Origin: an uncultured virus (IMG/VR IMGVR_UViG_3300005512_000019)
Taxonomy: Duplodnaviria > Heunggongvirae > Uroviricota > Caudoviricetes
Length of the DNA stretch: 64,000 nt
Virus record (IMG/VR): IMGVR_UViG_3300005512_000019
Direction: 5' to 3' (one strand)
Positions within the stretch are counted from its first letter, which is position 1, and each line of letters starts with the position of its first letter. Shown one piece after another: positions 46,609 to 54,100 of this stretch. The position numbers and the translations under genes were made by a program. The notes below the pieces were generated by a model that saw only the letters and a program-made list of their open reading frames with translations, was not told the DNA's origin and ran no database searches.

Positions 46609-47449
46609 CTTGCTTCTCCTCTCTGACCGCCCAGGAGAATACCTCCCGCACCCTCACTGGATTCAGTCTGTCCTTGAAAAACTTGAGGGAGGGCTTGTCC
46701 AGCACTCCCCCGTCATTGACCAACTTGCCACTGAGCTGGATAGGCTCGTGGCGGTAGAATTGCAGGCGGAGGTAGTCCGCCAGCCCCGGCTCCGGTAGGC
46801 AGATGCTGTACCGGAAGTTGATGAACGCCCACGAGTGATCCCAGACGTTGAGCCCAATCAGCTCCCCATCCCTGAACAGGCCCGCTCGGTTGCGTCCTCC
46901 AAACACAAAGGCAAGCATGACCTCATCGTCATGAATGGTCTCAGCGTCTCGGTTGCCGAGCCACTCCACCATCAGGCGTTTGAGGTCCTCCTCCTGCAGA
47001 TAGTCTCCGGGGGTCTCCATGTAGGTCACCCCTCGGCCTTTGTTCTCCCTCTCCCATTTGTTGATGTTCTTGCGGAAGGTCCTCCAGCGTCCTCCCGAGA
47101 GGTCCCTGAAGCACCAGGGGTCATACATGTACTCATAGTCAAGCAGGTGCTTGGAGTAGGGGGCGGGCAGGACCGTCCCCCCTCCGAGGGACAAGCTGAA
47201 GTCACTCCATATGCGGTTGGGGTTGTCAGGTATCGCCCTGACTCCCACTCCCTCCTCCAGCGGAGGGGCTAGCCACCACTCACCGTCTGGCACTACCCAG
47301 AACAGGCGGGTGCGGCTCCCTTCCCCGGCCAGCGGGGTCAGGGGCCACTTGATCCGCAGAGAGTGAAGGCCCGCTTTCTCAAGGTACTCCTCCGAGCACC
47401 AGAAGTTGGGGCTAATTCTCAGCTGATGGAGTGTCTTCAAGTAGTCCAA
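46598..47449 (-). CDS. DUF2156-like (FemABX/MprF-type GNAT) putative aminoacyl-tRNA-dependent transferase
   Basis: DYEYMYD...LSGGRW..FRKNINKW and VNDGG...L.FFK..LNP resemble DUF2156 motifs. Confidence 0.65.
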   Translation of the reverse strand: MDYLKTLHQLRISPNFWCSEEYLEKAGLHSLRIKWPLTPLAGEGSRTRLFWVVPDGEWWLAPPLEEGVGVRAIPDNPNRIWSDFSLSLGGGTVLPAPYSKHLLDYEYMYDPWCFRDLSGGRWRTFRKNINKWERENKGRGVTYMETPGDYLQEEDLKRLMVEWLGNRDAETIHDDEVMLAFVFGGRNRAGLFRDGELIGLNVWDHSWAFINFRYSICLPEPGLADYLRLQFYRHEPIQLSGKLVNDGGVLDKPSLKFFKDRLNPVRVREVFSWAVREEKQGED

Positions 47450-47481
47450 GGAGTCCTCCCTCCCGAGGGGGCTTGTGCTTG

Positions 47482-48390
47482 CTACCGCCGCACGATCCTC
47501 CGCCGCACTTGCTCTTCCGGCTTCCGGGGACTCCGGGGACTCCGCCTTGGTTGCCGGTCAACCGATTGATCAGGGCTCGGCTCACTCCGCCTGACTTTCT
47601 GCTCTTGCCTCCCATTGCGCTTCACTCCTCTCTTGGCTGCGGGGGCCGGGGCCGTCTCTCCGGGCTCGGTCACGATCCCCAGTTCATCGTACATGCACTG
47701 GGCCACGATAGCCTGCATGGGCATCTTCTGGTCCAGACTCTTGACCCAACAGATACCGCCCCGGCCGCTCGGGAAGCTGAAGGACAGGGCGGGTTGAAAG
47801 GTGAACATGGCCTTGAAGTCTGGGGTCCGCAGGCCCACGGGTCCAAAGTCCTCCTTGATGGAGTCCTCCGTCAGGCCCATGCCTCCCCCCTTCCGGCGGA
47901 CCTCAATGATGGCCCCCGAGTAGATGTTGCGCTGGACCACCTTCAGCTCCCCGTCCTCCCCGCTGATCTCCACGTGGGAGAGGCTGTCATCAAGGAGGCT
48001 GAGGAGGTCCGCCCCGAGCCGGACCTCATTGGGCATCTGGGCCACGGTATCGGCCTGGGAGTCCCAGATGGCCTGCATGTCATCAAAGGTCAGGTCCGGC
48101 GTGGAGCAGGACTTCTCCCTGATCCAGTTCTCCCCCTCGGTGGTGAAGATGATTCGGCCGTCCTCCTCCCGGAAGGCCCTGTCATCGTAGTCGTTGGCCC
48201 GGAAGGAGACTGGGTGCTCAAACTCCGCCTCAGACTTTCGGAGCCCAAACCGCATCAGCACGGTGTGGTCCGAGTTGAAGATGAAAATGGTGTCACCGCT
48301 TGCGTAGATCGTTGACCGCAATCGGCCCGCCTGTTCCAGGGCTACCGCATGGCTGAAGATAGCCTCCACTCTGTCATTTACCTTGGGCAT
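47482..48390 (-). CDS. putative second sliding clamp (PCNA/gp45-like)
   Basis: IFNSDHTVLMRFGLRKSE resembles the PCNA beta-strand motif; ~250-aa core ending AIVAQ plus basic tail; AGGAGG SD. Confidence 0.45.
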   Translation of the reverse strand: MPKVNDRVEAIFSHAVALEQAGRLRSTIYASGDTIFIFNSDHTVLMRFGLRKSEAEFEHPVSFRANDYDDRAFREEDGRIIFTTEGENWIREKSCSTPDLTFDDMQAIWDSQADTVAQMPNEVRLGADLLSLLDDSLSHVEISGEDGELKVVQRNIYSGAIIEVRRKGGGMGLTEDSIKEDFGPVGLRTPDFKAMFTFQPALSFSFPSGRGGICWVKSLDQKMPMQAIVAQCMYDELGIVTEPGETAPAPAAKRGVKRNGRQEQKVRRSEPSPDQSVDRQPRRSPRSPRKPEEQVRRRIVRR

Positions 48391-48916
48391 CAACCTCCTC
48401 CTCTCCATTTGTGGCATAGAAGAGGTGACCCATACTGCATCTGTCGCAGAGGTCTCCCCCTTCCCAGCCGTCTCCAGTGCTCTTCTCCGAGCCACAGCAG
48501 TCGCACACCAACGCAAGGGCGGGCTCCGGCTCCGGCTTCCTACTCAACTCAGCGTCCACTATCTTGGAGGCAATCTTCTTGTACAGCCCCTCCTCCACGA
48601 GCACCAGGAAGGTCCCCTTGGGGAGGAGGGTGGACGGCATGACCGGGAGCCCCGAGAGGAGCAGGGCCAACTGGCTCTCCCCGGCCTCCGGCTCCAGATC
48701 GGCAACTGCCGCCAGCAGATCGTCACGGGAGAGTGGCTCCTCCCCACCTTCTGCTGCCGAGGTGCTGGGGGCCTGGGTCTCGGCCTCCTCCTCCCACGAC
48801 AGCACCACCTGCGTGTCCTCTGGCACTTCCTCCGGTATGTTGCAAACCTTTGCCGTGTAGGTGTTGTCCACGCTCTCGTAGCAATCAATGATGACCCCTC
48901 GGGTCTGCTTGATCAT
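48374..48916 (-). CDS. hypothetical protein with C-terminal Zn ribbon
   Basis: CDCC...CDRC; AGGAGG SD. Confidence 0.55.
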   Translation of the reverse strand: MIKQTRGVIIDCYESVDNTYTAKVCNIPEEVPEDTQVVLSWEEEAETQAPSTSAAEGGEEPLSRDDLLAAVADLEPEAGESQLALLLSGLPVMPSTLLPKGTFLVLVEEGLYKKIASKIVDAELSRKPEPEPALALVCDCCGSEKSTGDGWEGGDLCDRCSMGHLFYATNGEEEVDAQGK

Positions 48917-50340
48917 GATACGTCCTCCTTGGTGACCGCCCGGAGAAGGTCCTGGCGGAAGTCTGACTGCTCGTTGAACCTCCAGATGATCCCATTCTCA
49001 TCGTGACCACAGGGCTCAATCCCCCGAGCCCACAGGTGGGAGTAGGCCTCATTGCCCCCGGCGTTCCACAGCTCGTGAACAGCCTGCTCCAAGGCGTCCG
49101 AGAGGAAGCCCCCGAGCTGAGTGACGTGCAGGTCAAAGTCCTCCCAGCGGGTGGGCTGCATCCCCCGGTCAAAGATGAATCGGGCGGCACCCACCGTGCA
49201 CCCCCAGTTGAAGCCCGCCCCGTGATCGCCAAACCAATCCCCAACCTCGCAGCAGATGGCCTGGTTGTTCCCCGGCGCACACCCCATGTCAAAGGAGGAG
49301 CAGCTGAAGCCCCGAGCCCGGAACACATCCATGAATCGGTCCAGGAGCAGGGAGCCGATCCCCTGGCTGTCGCAGCCCAGGGTGAACAGCCTCTCAAAGT
49401 CATAGCCCTCGTTGACAAATGACTGGCGGATACCGGGATTGTGGGCCGTGTAGGAGTAGGTGTCAAAGGTGATGTTGCGGACTCCGGCTCCCCAGACGGC
49501 CTCCATGTACTCCAAGACTCTCTCCCGCTCATCGTTGACGAACACCAGGAAGGGCTCAATGCGGGCCACCACCCGGATACCCGCCTGAACCATCCGGCGG
49601 CAGGCCTCCAGCCGTTGGGCAAAGGTAGGGGCTCCCGGCTCAATCCTCTTGAGCAGGTCCTCATCAGATGAGATCATGGTCACGTGGACGGCCGCTCCCC
49701 CCTTGTTGCTTGCCAGGGCGTCCAAGTAGGCATCCTCCCCTACAAGGGCGGACTTGGTATTGATCATCAGGGGGTAGCTGTGGAGAGCCAGGTGCTGGAG
49801 CATCGCCAGGGAGGCCCCCTCCTTGCGCTCATCGTCCAGGAAGTCCTCAAACCGGATTCCAAACCGGATCGGGATGGTGTTGGCTACCGCCCGCCGGATG
49901 TCCCCTGAGAGGCTGGAGGCGTCCTTCCCCCGGCACTCCATGAGCTTGTCCAGCTCCTTCCGGTACCAGTCCGGGTTGCAGTGCCTGTAGCCCATCGTCT
50001 TGCTGTTGTCAAAGAAGGCGGTGTACAGGCTAGCCCGGAAGGCGTTTGCGTAACAGTAGCGGCAGCGGAAGGGGCACACCAGCCCGTCCCATACATCCAG
50101 GTTGAGTGGCATGGGGCAGGCGGCGGCTCTCACGGAGACTTCCACAAAGGAGTTGACCTCCTCCGTGTTCAGCAACCGCTCCTGCTTCCGCCACTCCCCC
50201 TCAGCCAGATCAAATTGGCTGTAGTTTTTCTTGCGGCCCTTCTCCCTCACCGCATCCTGATGCCGCCTCTCCCGGAGGAGCTGGGTCATGCGGGGGATCA
50301 CCCGTGACACGAGGTCTCTGAGTTGCCAGTAGTCCATCAC
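48913..50340 (-). CDS. radical SAM enzyme, spore-photoproduct-lyase-like (paralog A)
   Basis: CPFRCRYCYA, INTKS, IEPGAPT...RL, VVARIEP, C-terminal ICC. Confidence 0.9.
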   Translation of the reverse strand: MMDYWQLRDLVSRVIPRMTQLLRERRHQDAVREKGRKKNYSQFDLAEGEWRKQERLLNTEEVNSFVEVSVRAAACPMPLNLDVWDGLVCPFRCRYCYANAFRASLYTAFFDNSKTMGYRHCNPDWYRKELDKLMECRGKDASSLSGDIRRAVANTIPIRFGIRFEDFLDDERKEGASLAMLQHLALHSYPLMINTKSALVGEDAYLDALASNKGGAAVHVTMISSDEDLLKRIEPGAPTFAQRLEACRRMVQAGIRVVARIEPFLVFVNDERERVLEYMEAVWGAGVRNITFDTYSYTAHNPGIRQSFVNEGYDFERLFTLGCDSQGIGSLLLDRFMDVFRARGFSCSSFDMGCAPGNNQAICCEVGDWFGDHGAGFNWGCTVGAARFIFDRGMQPTRWEDFDLHVTQLGGFLSDALEQAVHELWNAGGNEAYSHLWARGIEPCGHDENGIIWRFNEQSDFRQDLLRAVTKEDVS

Positions 50341-50879
50341 TCCGCTCCTCCGCTCGGGCCGTGGCCGTCCACTCCGCCGTCCGCCCCAAAGGCCAGGGCG
50401 TTGACGATAGCCCTGAACACGAGCACCCTCAGCTTTTTGGAGGTGTGAAGCTGATCCATCAGCTCATCCGGCCGGGGGTAGTGGACCGTGGCGTGCGCTC
50501 CCTCGGGAGAGGCCCAACGGTACATGGCCCACATTGCCCTTGCCGCAGCCATGTGGGCGTCCCTCATCTTCTCGTGGAGCACAAACAGGTTGTAGGTGGT
50601 CCCCCCGAGGAGGACCCGGCAACTGCGGTGATTGATCTCCGCCGGCACATGGAGCTGGGCCATACGGGCGGTGAGCTCGTCAAACTGCTCTTGGGTGCAG
50701 ATGCGGTCATCATCCGAGGGGTCCGGCATGATGTAAGCGGAGGTCCCTGACTGGGGTAGCTCTTGAATGTCTGCTACCAGCTGGGAGAGGTCCCTCAACG
50801 GATCGGGCTTGGCTACCGGGGCCGGGGGCTCGGCCGTCCGGGGCGGCATCCCACATTGCTCTCTGTCTTCAGGGGTCAT
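50337..50879 (-). CDS. hypothetical protein
   Basis: AAGGAG SD; overlaps the radical SAM start. Confidence 0.55.
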   Translation of the reverse strand: MTPEDREQCGMPPRTAEPPAPVAKPDPLRDLSQLVADIQELPQSGTSAYIMPDPSDDDRICTQEQFDELTARMAQLHVPAEINHRSCRVLLGGTTYNLFVLHEKMRDAHMAAARAMWAMYRWASPEGAHATVHYPRPDELMDQLHTSKKLRVLVFRAIVNALAFGADGGVDGHGPSGGAE

Positions 50880-50893
50880 GTCTGGGTCTCCTT

Positions 50894-51133
50894 TCAGATC
50901 AGTCCCATTCCGGCTTCTACGGGGGGCAGGCCGATCTCCGCCCGCCCCTCCAGCCATCCAATCATCTCGTAGTTGTTAGCCTTCTCAGCGTACACGGCCC
51001 CCTCTCGGGAGAACAGGATGGCTGAGTGGTTGTCGGGAGTCCGGCCCTCAAACCGGAAGTGCTCCCGCCCCCCGTAGTGCTCATCAAGCAACTGGAGGAC
51101 CCTCTCCACGTGTCCGCGTCCTTCAACGTTCAT
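50894..51133 (-). CDS. small hypothetical protein
   Basis: GGAGGT SD; first ORF after the structured leader. Confidence 0.55.
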   Translation of the reverse strand: MNVEGRGHVERVLQLLDEHYGGREHFRFEGRTPDNHSAILFSREGAVYAEKANNYEMIGWLEGRAEIGLPPVEAGMGLI

Positions 51134-51149
51134 GCCTACCTCCGAAAAG

Positions 51150-51262
51150 TGGACCGGGGTGGTGGAGGGACCAAGCCATGGTACATATGCACCAACTCCG
51201 GGGCTCGTGGCAGGTCCTGCCCGCCTGCGTCTCTCCGGCTGGGGGTGCTCCACCACCCCGGT
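51150..51262 (-). ncRNA. candidate structured RNA/leader closed by a perfect 15-bp stem
   Basis: ACCGGGGTGGTGGAG (51153-51167) is the exact reverse complement of 51248-51262; internal hairpins; lies between promoter and SD. Confidence 0.5.
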
Positions 51263-51267
51263 GATCG

Positions 51268-51297
51268 CGCTATTATACCTGATCAGGCATTTTCAAC
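51268..51297 (-). promoter_or_regulatory. candidate phage-specific promoter GTTGAAAA-N11-GTATAATAGCG
   Basis: Same architecture as 41667-41696. Confidence 0.6.
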
Positions 51298-52242
51298 AAA
51301 GTCCTCCGGCAAGTGGCCGATGTTCCAGAAGAGGACCTGATGCTTCAAGTCCGGCTCGGGCTCCCGCAGCTCCTTCTCCAACCACTCCCAGGCCTTGGCG
51401 TCATACCACGGATGGGAGGGGAAGGGGGGCCGGCATTTTGAGGGGGTCGTGTACTCCCATTGGGGGTCCACCAGGCAGACCTTCACCCCGTCCAACATGC
51501 CCCCGTCCAGCGGCACTCCGGCCTTCTCGGCTATCTTCCGCAGCTTGCGTTGGCAGTCTCCCGTCCGGCCCATCACTCCGATGATCCTACAATCACGGGC
51601 GGCTGGGTAGGTGTCGCAGTACCACAGGCCCCTGGCTAGCCCTGCAGCTACGGTCCCCGAGCCGATATTGACCACGATATCAAGCCGGATAGCCCCGTGG
51701 GTGAGGGTGGGCAGTATCTGATCAGTGAGGGTGTACTGGAGCTGGTGGGCGGTAGCCTCCACCGTCTCCTTCAGCGGCAGGCCGAGGTCCAGCAGCTCCC
51801 CTTCCTCCCCGTACTTCTTGAGGTGGAGGTTGCGGCACTCATTCCATGCCACCCGAGCCATCCCGGCTCTGATGGGCACGATCTCCGCCCCGAGGTCCCT
51901 CCACTTGCGGCGGTGGTATTGGAGGAGCGGGGGAGTGTCCCTCACGTACTGCGGGTCATAGATCACGCAGTGGAGGCCCAACTCCCTACACACCCAGGCT
52001 ACCCCCCAGCCCGCCATGCTGACGGCCGTCTCCACGTAGCCAAAGTGGTGGACCCCCTGCCCGGACTTCTTCTGGATGTGATTCAGTAGTCCCCGGACCT
52101 TGCTGAATGGGGGTCCGGGATCGGGGCAGCAGAGGTCCTCCCGCTTGACCAGGACCATGTACTTTGTCCAGACCTTCCCGCCGTCCCTCGGCCGTCCGGG
52201 CATCTCATACAATTCCAAAGGTGTTCTGGTCTCCAGTCTCAT
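51283..52242 (-). CDS. PLP-dependent enzyme, fold type II (ACC deaminase/D-cysteine desulfhydrase-like)
   Basis: TPLE, VKREDL...FSKVRG (PLP Lys), VNIGSGTVAAGL, PWYDAKAW, LFWNIG. Confidence 0.85.
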   Translation of the reverse strand: MRLETRTPLELYEMPGRPRDGGKVWTKYMVLVKREDLCCPDPGPPFSKVRGLLNHIQKKSGQGVHHFGYVETAVSMAGWGVAWVCRELGLHCVIYDPQYVRDTPPLLQYHRRKWRDLGAEIVPIRAGMARVAWNECRNLHLKKYGEEGELLDLGLPLKETVEATAHQLQYTLTDQILPTLTHGAIRLDIVVNIGSGTVAAGLARGLWYCDTYPAARDCRIIGVMGRTGDCQRKLRKIAEKAGVPLDGGMLDGVKVCLVDPQWEYTTPSKCRPPFPSHPWYDAKAWEWLEKELREPEPDLKHQVLFWNIGHLPEDFVENA

Positions 52243-53314
52243 CCCGCTCCTCCTCCGGGCCAAAGCCCGCATCGTGCATTGTATACATCTTGTCTGTAGT
52301 CCCCTCCATGATCCTCCGGCCTTCCTCCTGGTCCCCTACACCATCCCAAGTGCCAGCCAGTATCTCCTGTGGGTCCCTCCCCTCCTGAAGCATCCTCTTC
52401 CACGTATGAGCGTTGTAGGTGCACGGGCGGGGTACGTCAAGCCCACAGCAGGTGTTTGCTGGCTCCCGGTGGGCCTTCCCGCTGTTGACAAAGTCTGGGC
52501 ACCCGATCCTCACCCCGTAGGTCTCCCCGAGCTGAAGCAGCTGGGCCAGGATCGGCCTCCACTGCTCATCCTGATTGTGGTACCAGATGCGCTCAATGTC
52601 CACCCCGATAGCGTGGAGCCTCTTGGCCACAAAGGCGTTGAAGTGGAAGTTGTAGGTGTTGTACCGATCAATGCCGTGATCCCGTAGGAGCTGCATGGTG
52701 CTCTTGAAGTCCTCCACCGTGTGGTAGCCGGGGATGAAGGGCTCACCGTTCAAACCGTAGGGCACCCCCACATCCCGCAGGAAGGACAGATGGGATAGCC
52801 GGAGCCGGGGCGGGGTGGTCCGGCCCCTCTCCAGTACCTCCCAATCACGGTCCAGTCCAGGGGAGACTACGGGCATCACCTGGAGGAGGCGGCGGAAGTG
52901 AGCTGACTTGATCTCCTCCATAGCCGTCTCCATCATCACCCCGGTGAAACGGGTCTGGATCACAAAGGTCCACCGCTCCTCCGTGAGTACCCGCACAAGG
53001 TCCCGCGCCACGTGATAGGTCCTCTCCGCCTCTTGGAAGGGATCGGACTTGTTGCCCAGGCGGAGGGTCTTGCGGCTAGCCAGGGCGTGTGCCAGGGGGG
53101 TCTTGGGGGTCTTGTTCTTCACCCCGGCCTGTAGCTTGCGCTGAACGTCCTCCGGGTCCGCAGGCCGGAGGTCCGTGCCCCAGGTGTGGTTCAGGTGGCG
53201 GAAGTAGCAGTGGTGGCAATCAGTCAGGCAATTCCAATAGGCATCCAGTGCAAGGGGGAGGGGGCAATACAGACAGTCACCCCGGATGCTGAGGGCGTTC
53301 TTGAGTCTCTTCAT
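52205..53314 (-). CDS. radical SAM enzyme, spore-photoproduct-lyase-like (paralog B)
   Basis: CLTDCHHCYF, LRLGNKSDPF, IQTR, LE..TTPP..RL, GEPFIPG, NTCCG. Confidence 0.9.
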   Translation of the reverse strand: MKRLKNALSIRGDCLYCPLPLALDAYWNCLTDCHHCYFRHLNHTWGTDLRPADPEDVQRKLQAGVKNKTPKTPLAHALASRKTLRLGNKSDPFQEAERTYHVARDLVRVLTEERWTFVIQTRFTGVMMETAMEEIKSAHFRRLLQVMPVVSPGLDRDWEVLERGRTTPPRLRLSHLSFLRDVGVPYGLNGEPFIPGYHTVEDFKSTMQLLRDHGIDRYNTYNFHFNAFVAKRLHAIGVDIERIWYHNQDEQWRPILAQLLQLGETYGVRIGCPDFVNSGKAHREPANTCCGLDVPRPCTYNAHTWKRMLQEGRDPQEILAGTWDGVGDQEEGRRIMEGTTDKMYTMHDAGFGPEEERDETGDQNTFGIV

Positions 53315-53330
53315 GGCTCGGCTCCTTTGC

Positions 53331-53369
53331 AAAAAGAGAGGGGGCCGGGGGTTGATTCCCGGCCCCCTC
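53331..53369 (-). terminator. intrinsic terminator
   Basis: 12-bp stem GAGGGGGCCGGG/CCCGGCCCCCTC followed by TCTTTTT on the minus strand. Confidence 0.75.
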
Positions 53370-53399
53370 GGAGGGGTGACTCACCCACCAGGTGCAGCA

Positions 53400-54011
53400 C
53401 TACCAGGTGAGCTTGTCGCCGTCCCGCTGCACGATCTCGAAAGCCTCAAGCAGCGGCAGGGCAATCTTGGCGTAAAACCAGGACTCTTTCATGTTGTCCC
53501 GCCCGCCGTTCTTGACGTACAGCTCGTTGGCCTTCTCCACCAGGGCGTCCACGCTCTTGCGGCAGGTCTTGTAGGCTGCTGCCTCGCAGAAGGCGGTCAC
53601 ACGGGTGTAACCCTTGGTGCGCTGCGTGTCCTTGGTGGCCGGGGGAGCCTTGGTGGCCGCTGCCGCCTTGGCCGGGGGAGCCTTCTTGCCGGGGACCTTC
53701 TTGGCCGGGGGCTCGGCCTCTTCCTCCGGCTCCTCGGCCTCTTCCTCGGCCTCTTCCTCGGCCTCTTCCTCGGCCTCTTCCTCGGCCTCTTCCTCCGGCT
53801 CCTCATCCGCCGGGGCCACCAGCTCCAGGGCCTCCAGAACGTCCCAGGTGGAGTCCTTCAGCTCCTCGTCACCCTGGAGGTGCTCGTTGATTGCCTCGGT
53901 CATGGAGCCCACGATGTCCTCCTGGGACCCCGTGACCACGATCTCCACACCCAGGACTTCCGCCAGGTCCTTCGCAGCCGCCACCACTTTCGCTTTGCTC
54001 GGTTTCGCCAT
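53400..54011 (-). CDS. acidic-repeat protein with Lys/Ala/Pro linker and possible C-terminal winged helix
   Basis: Own promoter, AGGAGGT SD and terminator; (EEEA)n/EEPEEEA repeats. Confidence 0.75.
   Translation of the reverse strand: MAKPSKAKVVAAAKDLAEVLGVEIVVTGSQEDIVGSMTEAINEHLQGDEELKDSTWDVLEALELVAPADEEPEEEAEEEAEEEAEEEAEEEAEEPEEEAEPPAKKVPGKKAPPAKAAAATKAPPATKDTQRTKGYTRVTAFCEAAAYKTCRKSVDALVEKANELYVKNGGRDNMKESWFYAKIALPLLEAFEIVQRDGDKLTW
53712..53804 (-). repeat. 12/21-bp tandem repeats (GAGGAAGAGGCC; GAGGAGCCGGAGGAAGAGGCC)
   Basis: Read directly; same unit as 12751-12825 in inverted orientation. Confidence 0.95.
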
Positions 54012-54060
54012 GACTACCTCCTTTTGGTTTTGCTGTTGGCAATTCTCTCAAACATGCCCT

Positions 54061-54100
54061 ATACTACAGGCTGGATTCATTTCCTTCAAGACTTTTTTTC
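54061..54100 (-). promoter_or_regulatory. sigma70-like promoter
   Basis: TTGAAG-N17-TAGTAT with upstream GAAAAAAAGTC identical to the ~600 promoter. Confidence 0.7.

Noticed and set aside
51150..51262. tRNA or SRP RNA gene
   Set aside because: Ends in CCA but has no T-loop (TTCGA), anticodon arm or SRP GGAA/AGCAG motif; kept only as an unknown structured RNA
48913..53314. 7-deazaguanine (QueE/QueC/QueD/FolE/DpdA) pathway or anaerobic RNR activase
   Set aside because: The radical SAM proteins are SPL-like in length and motifs, and none of the partner genes is present
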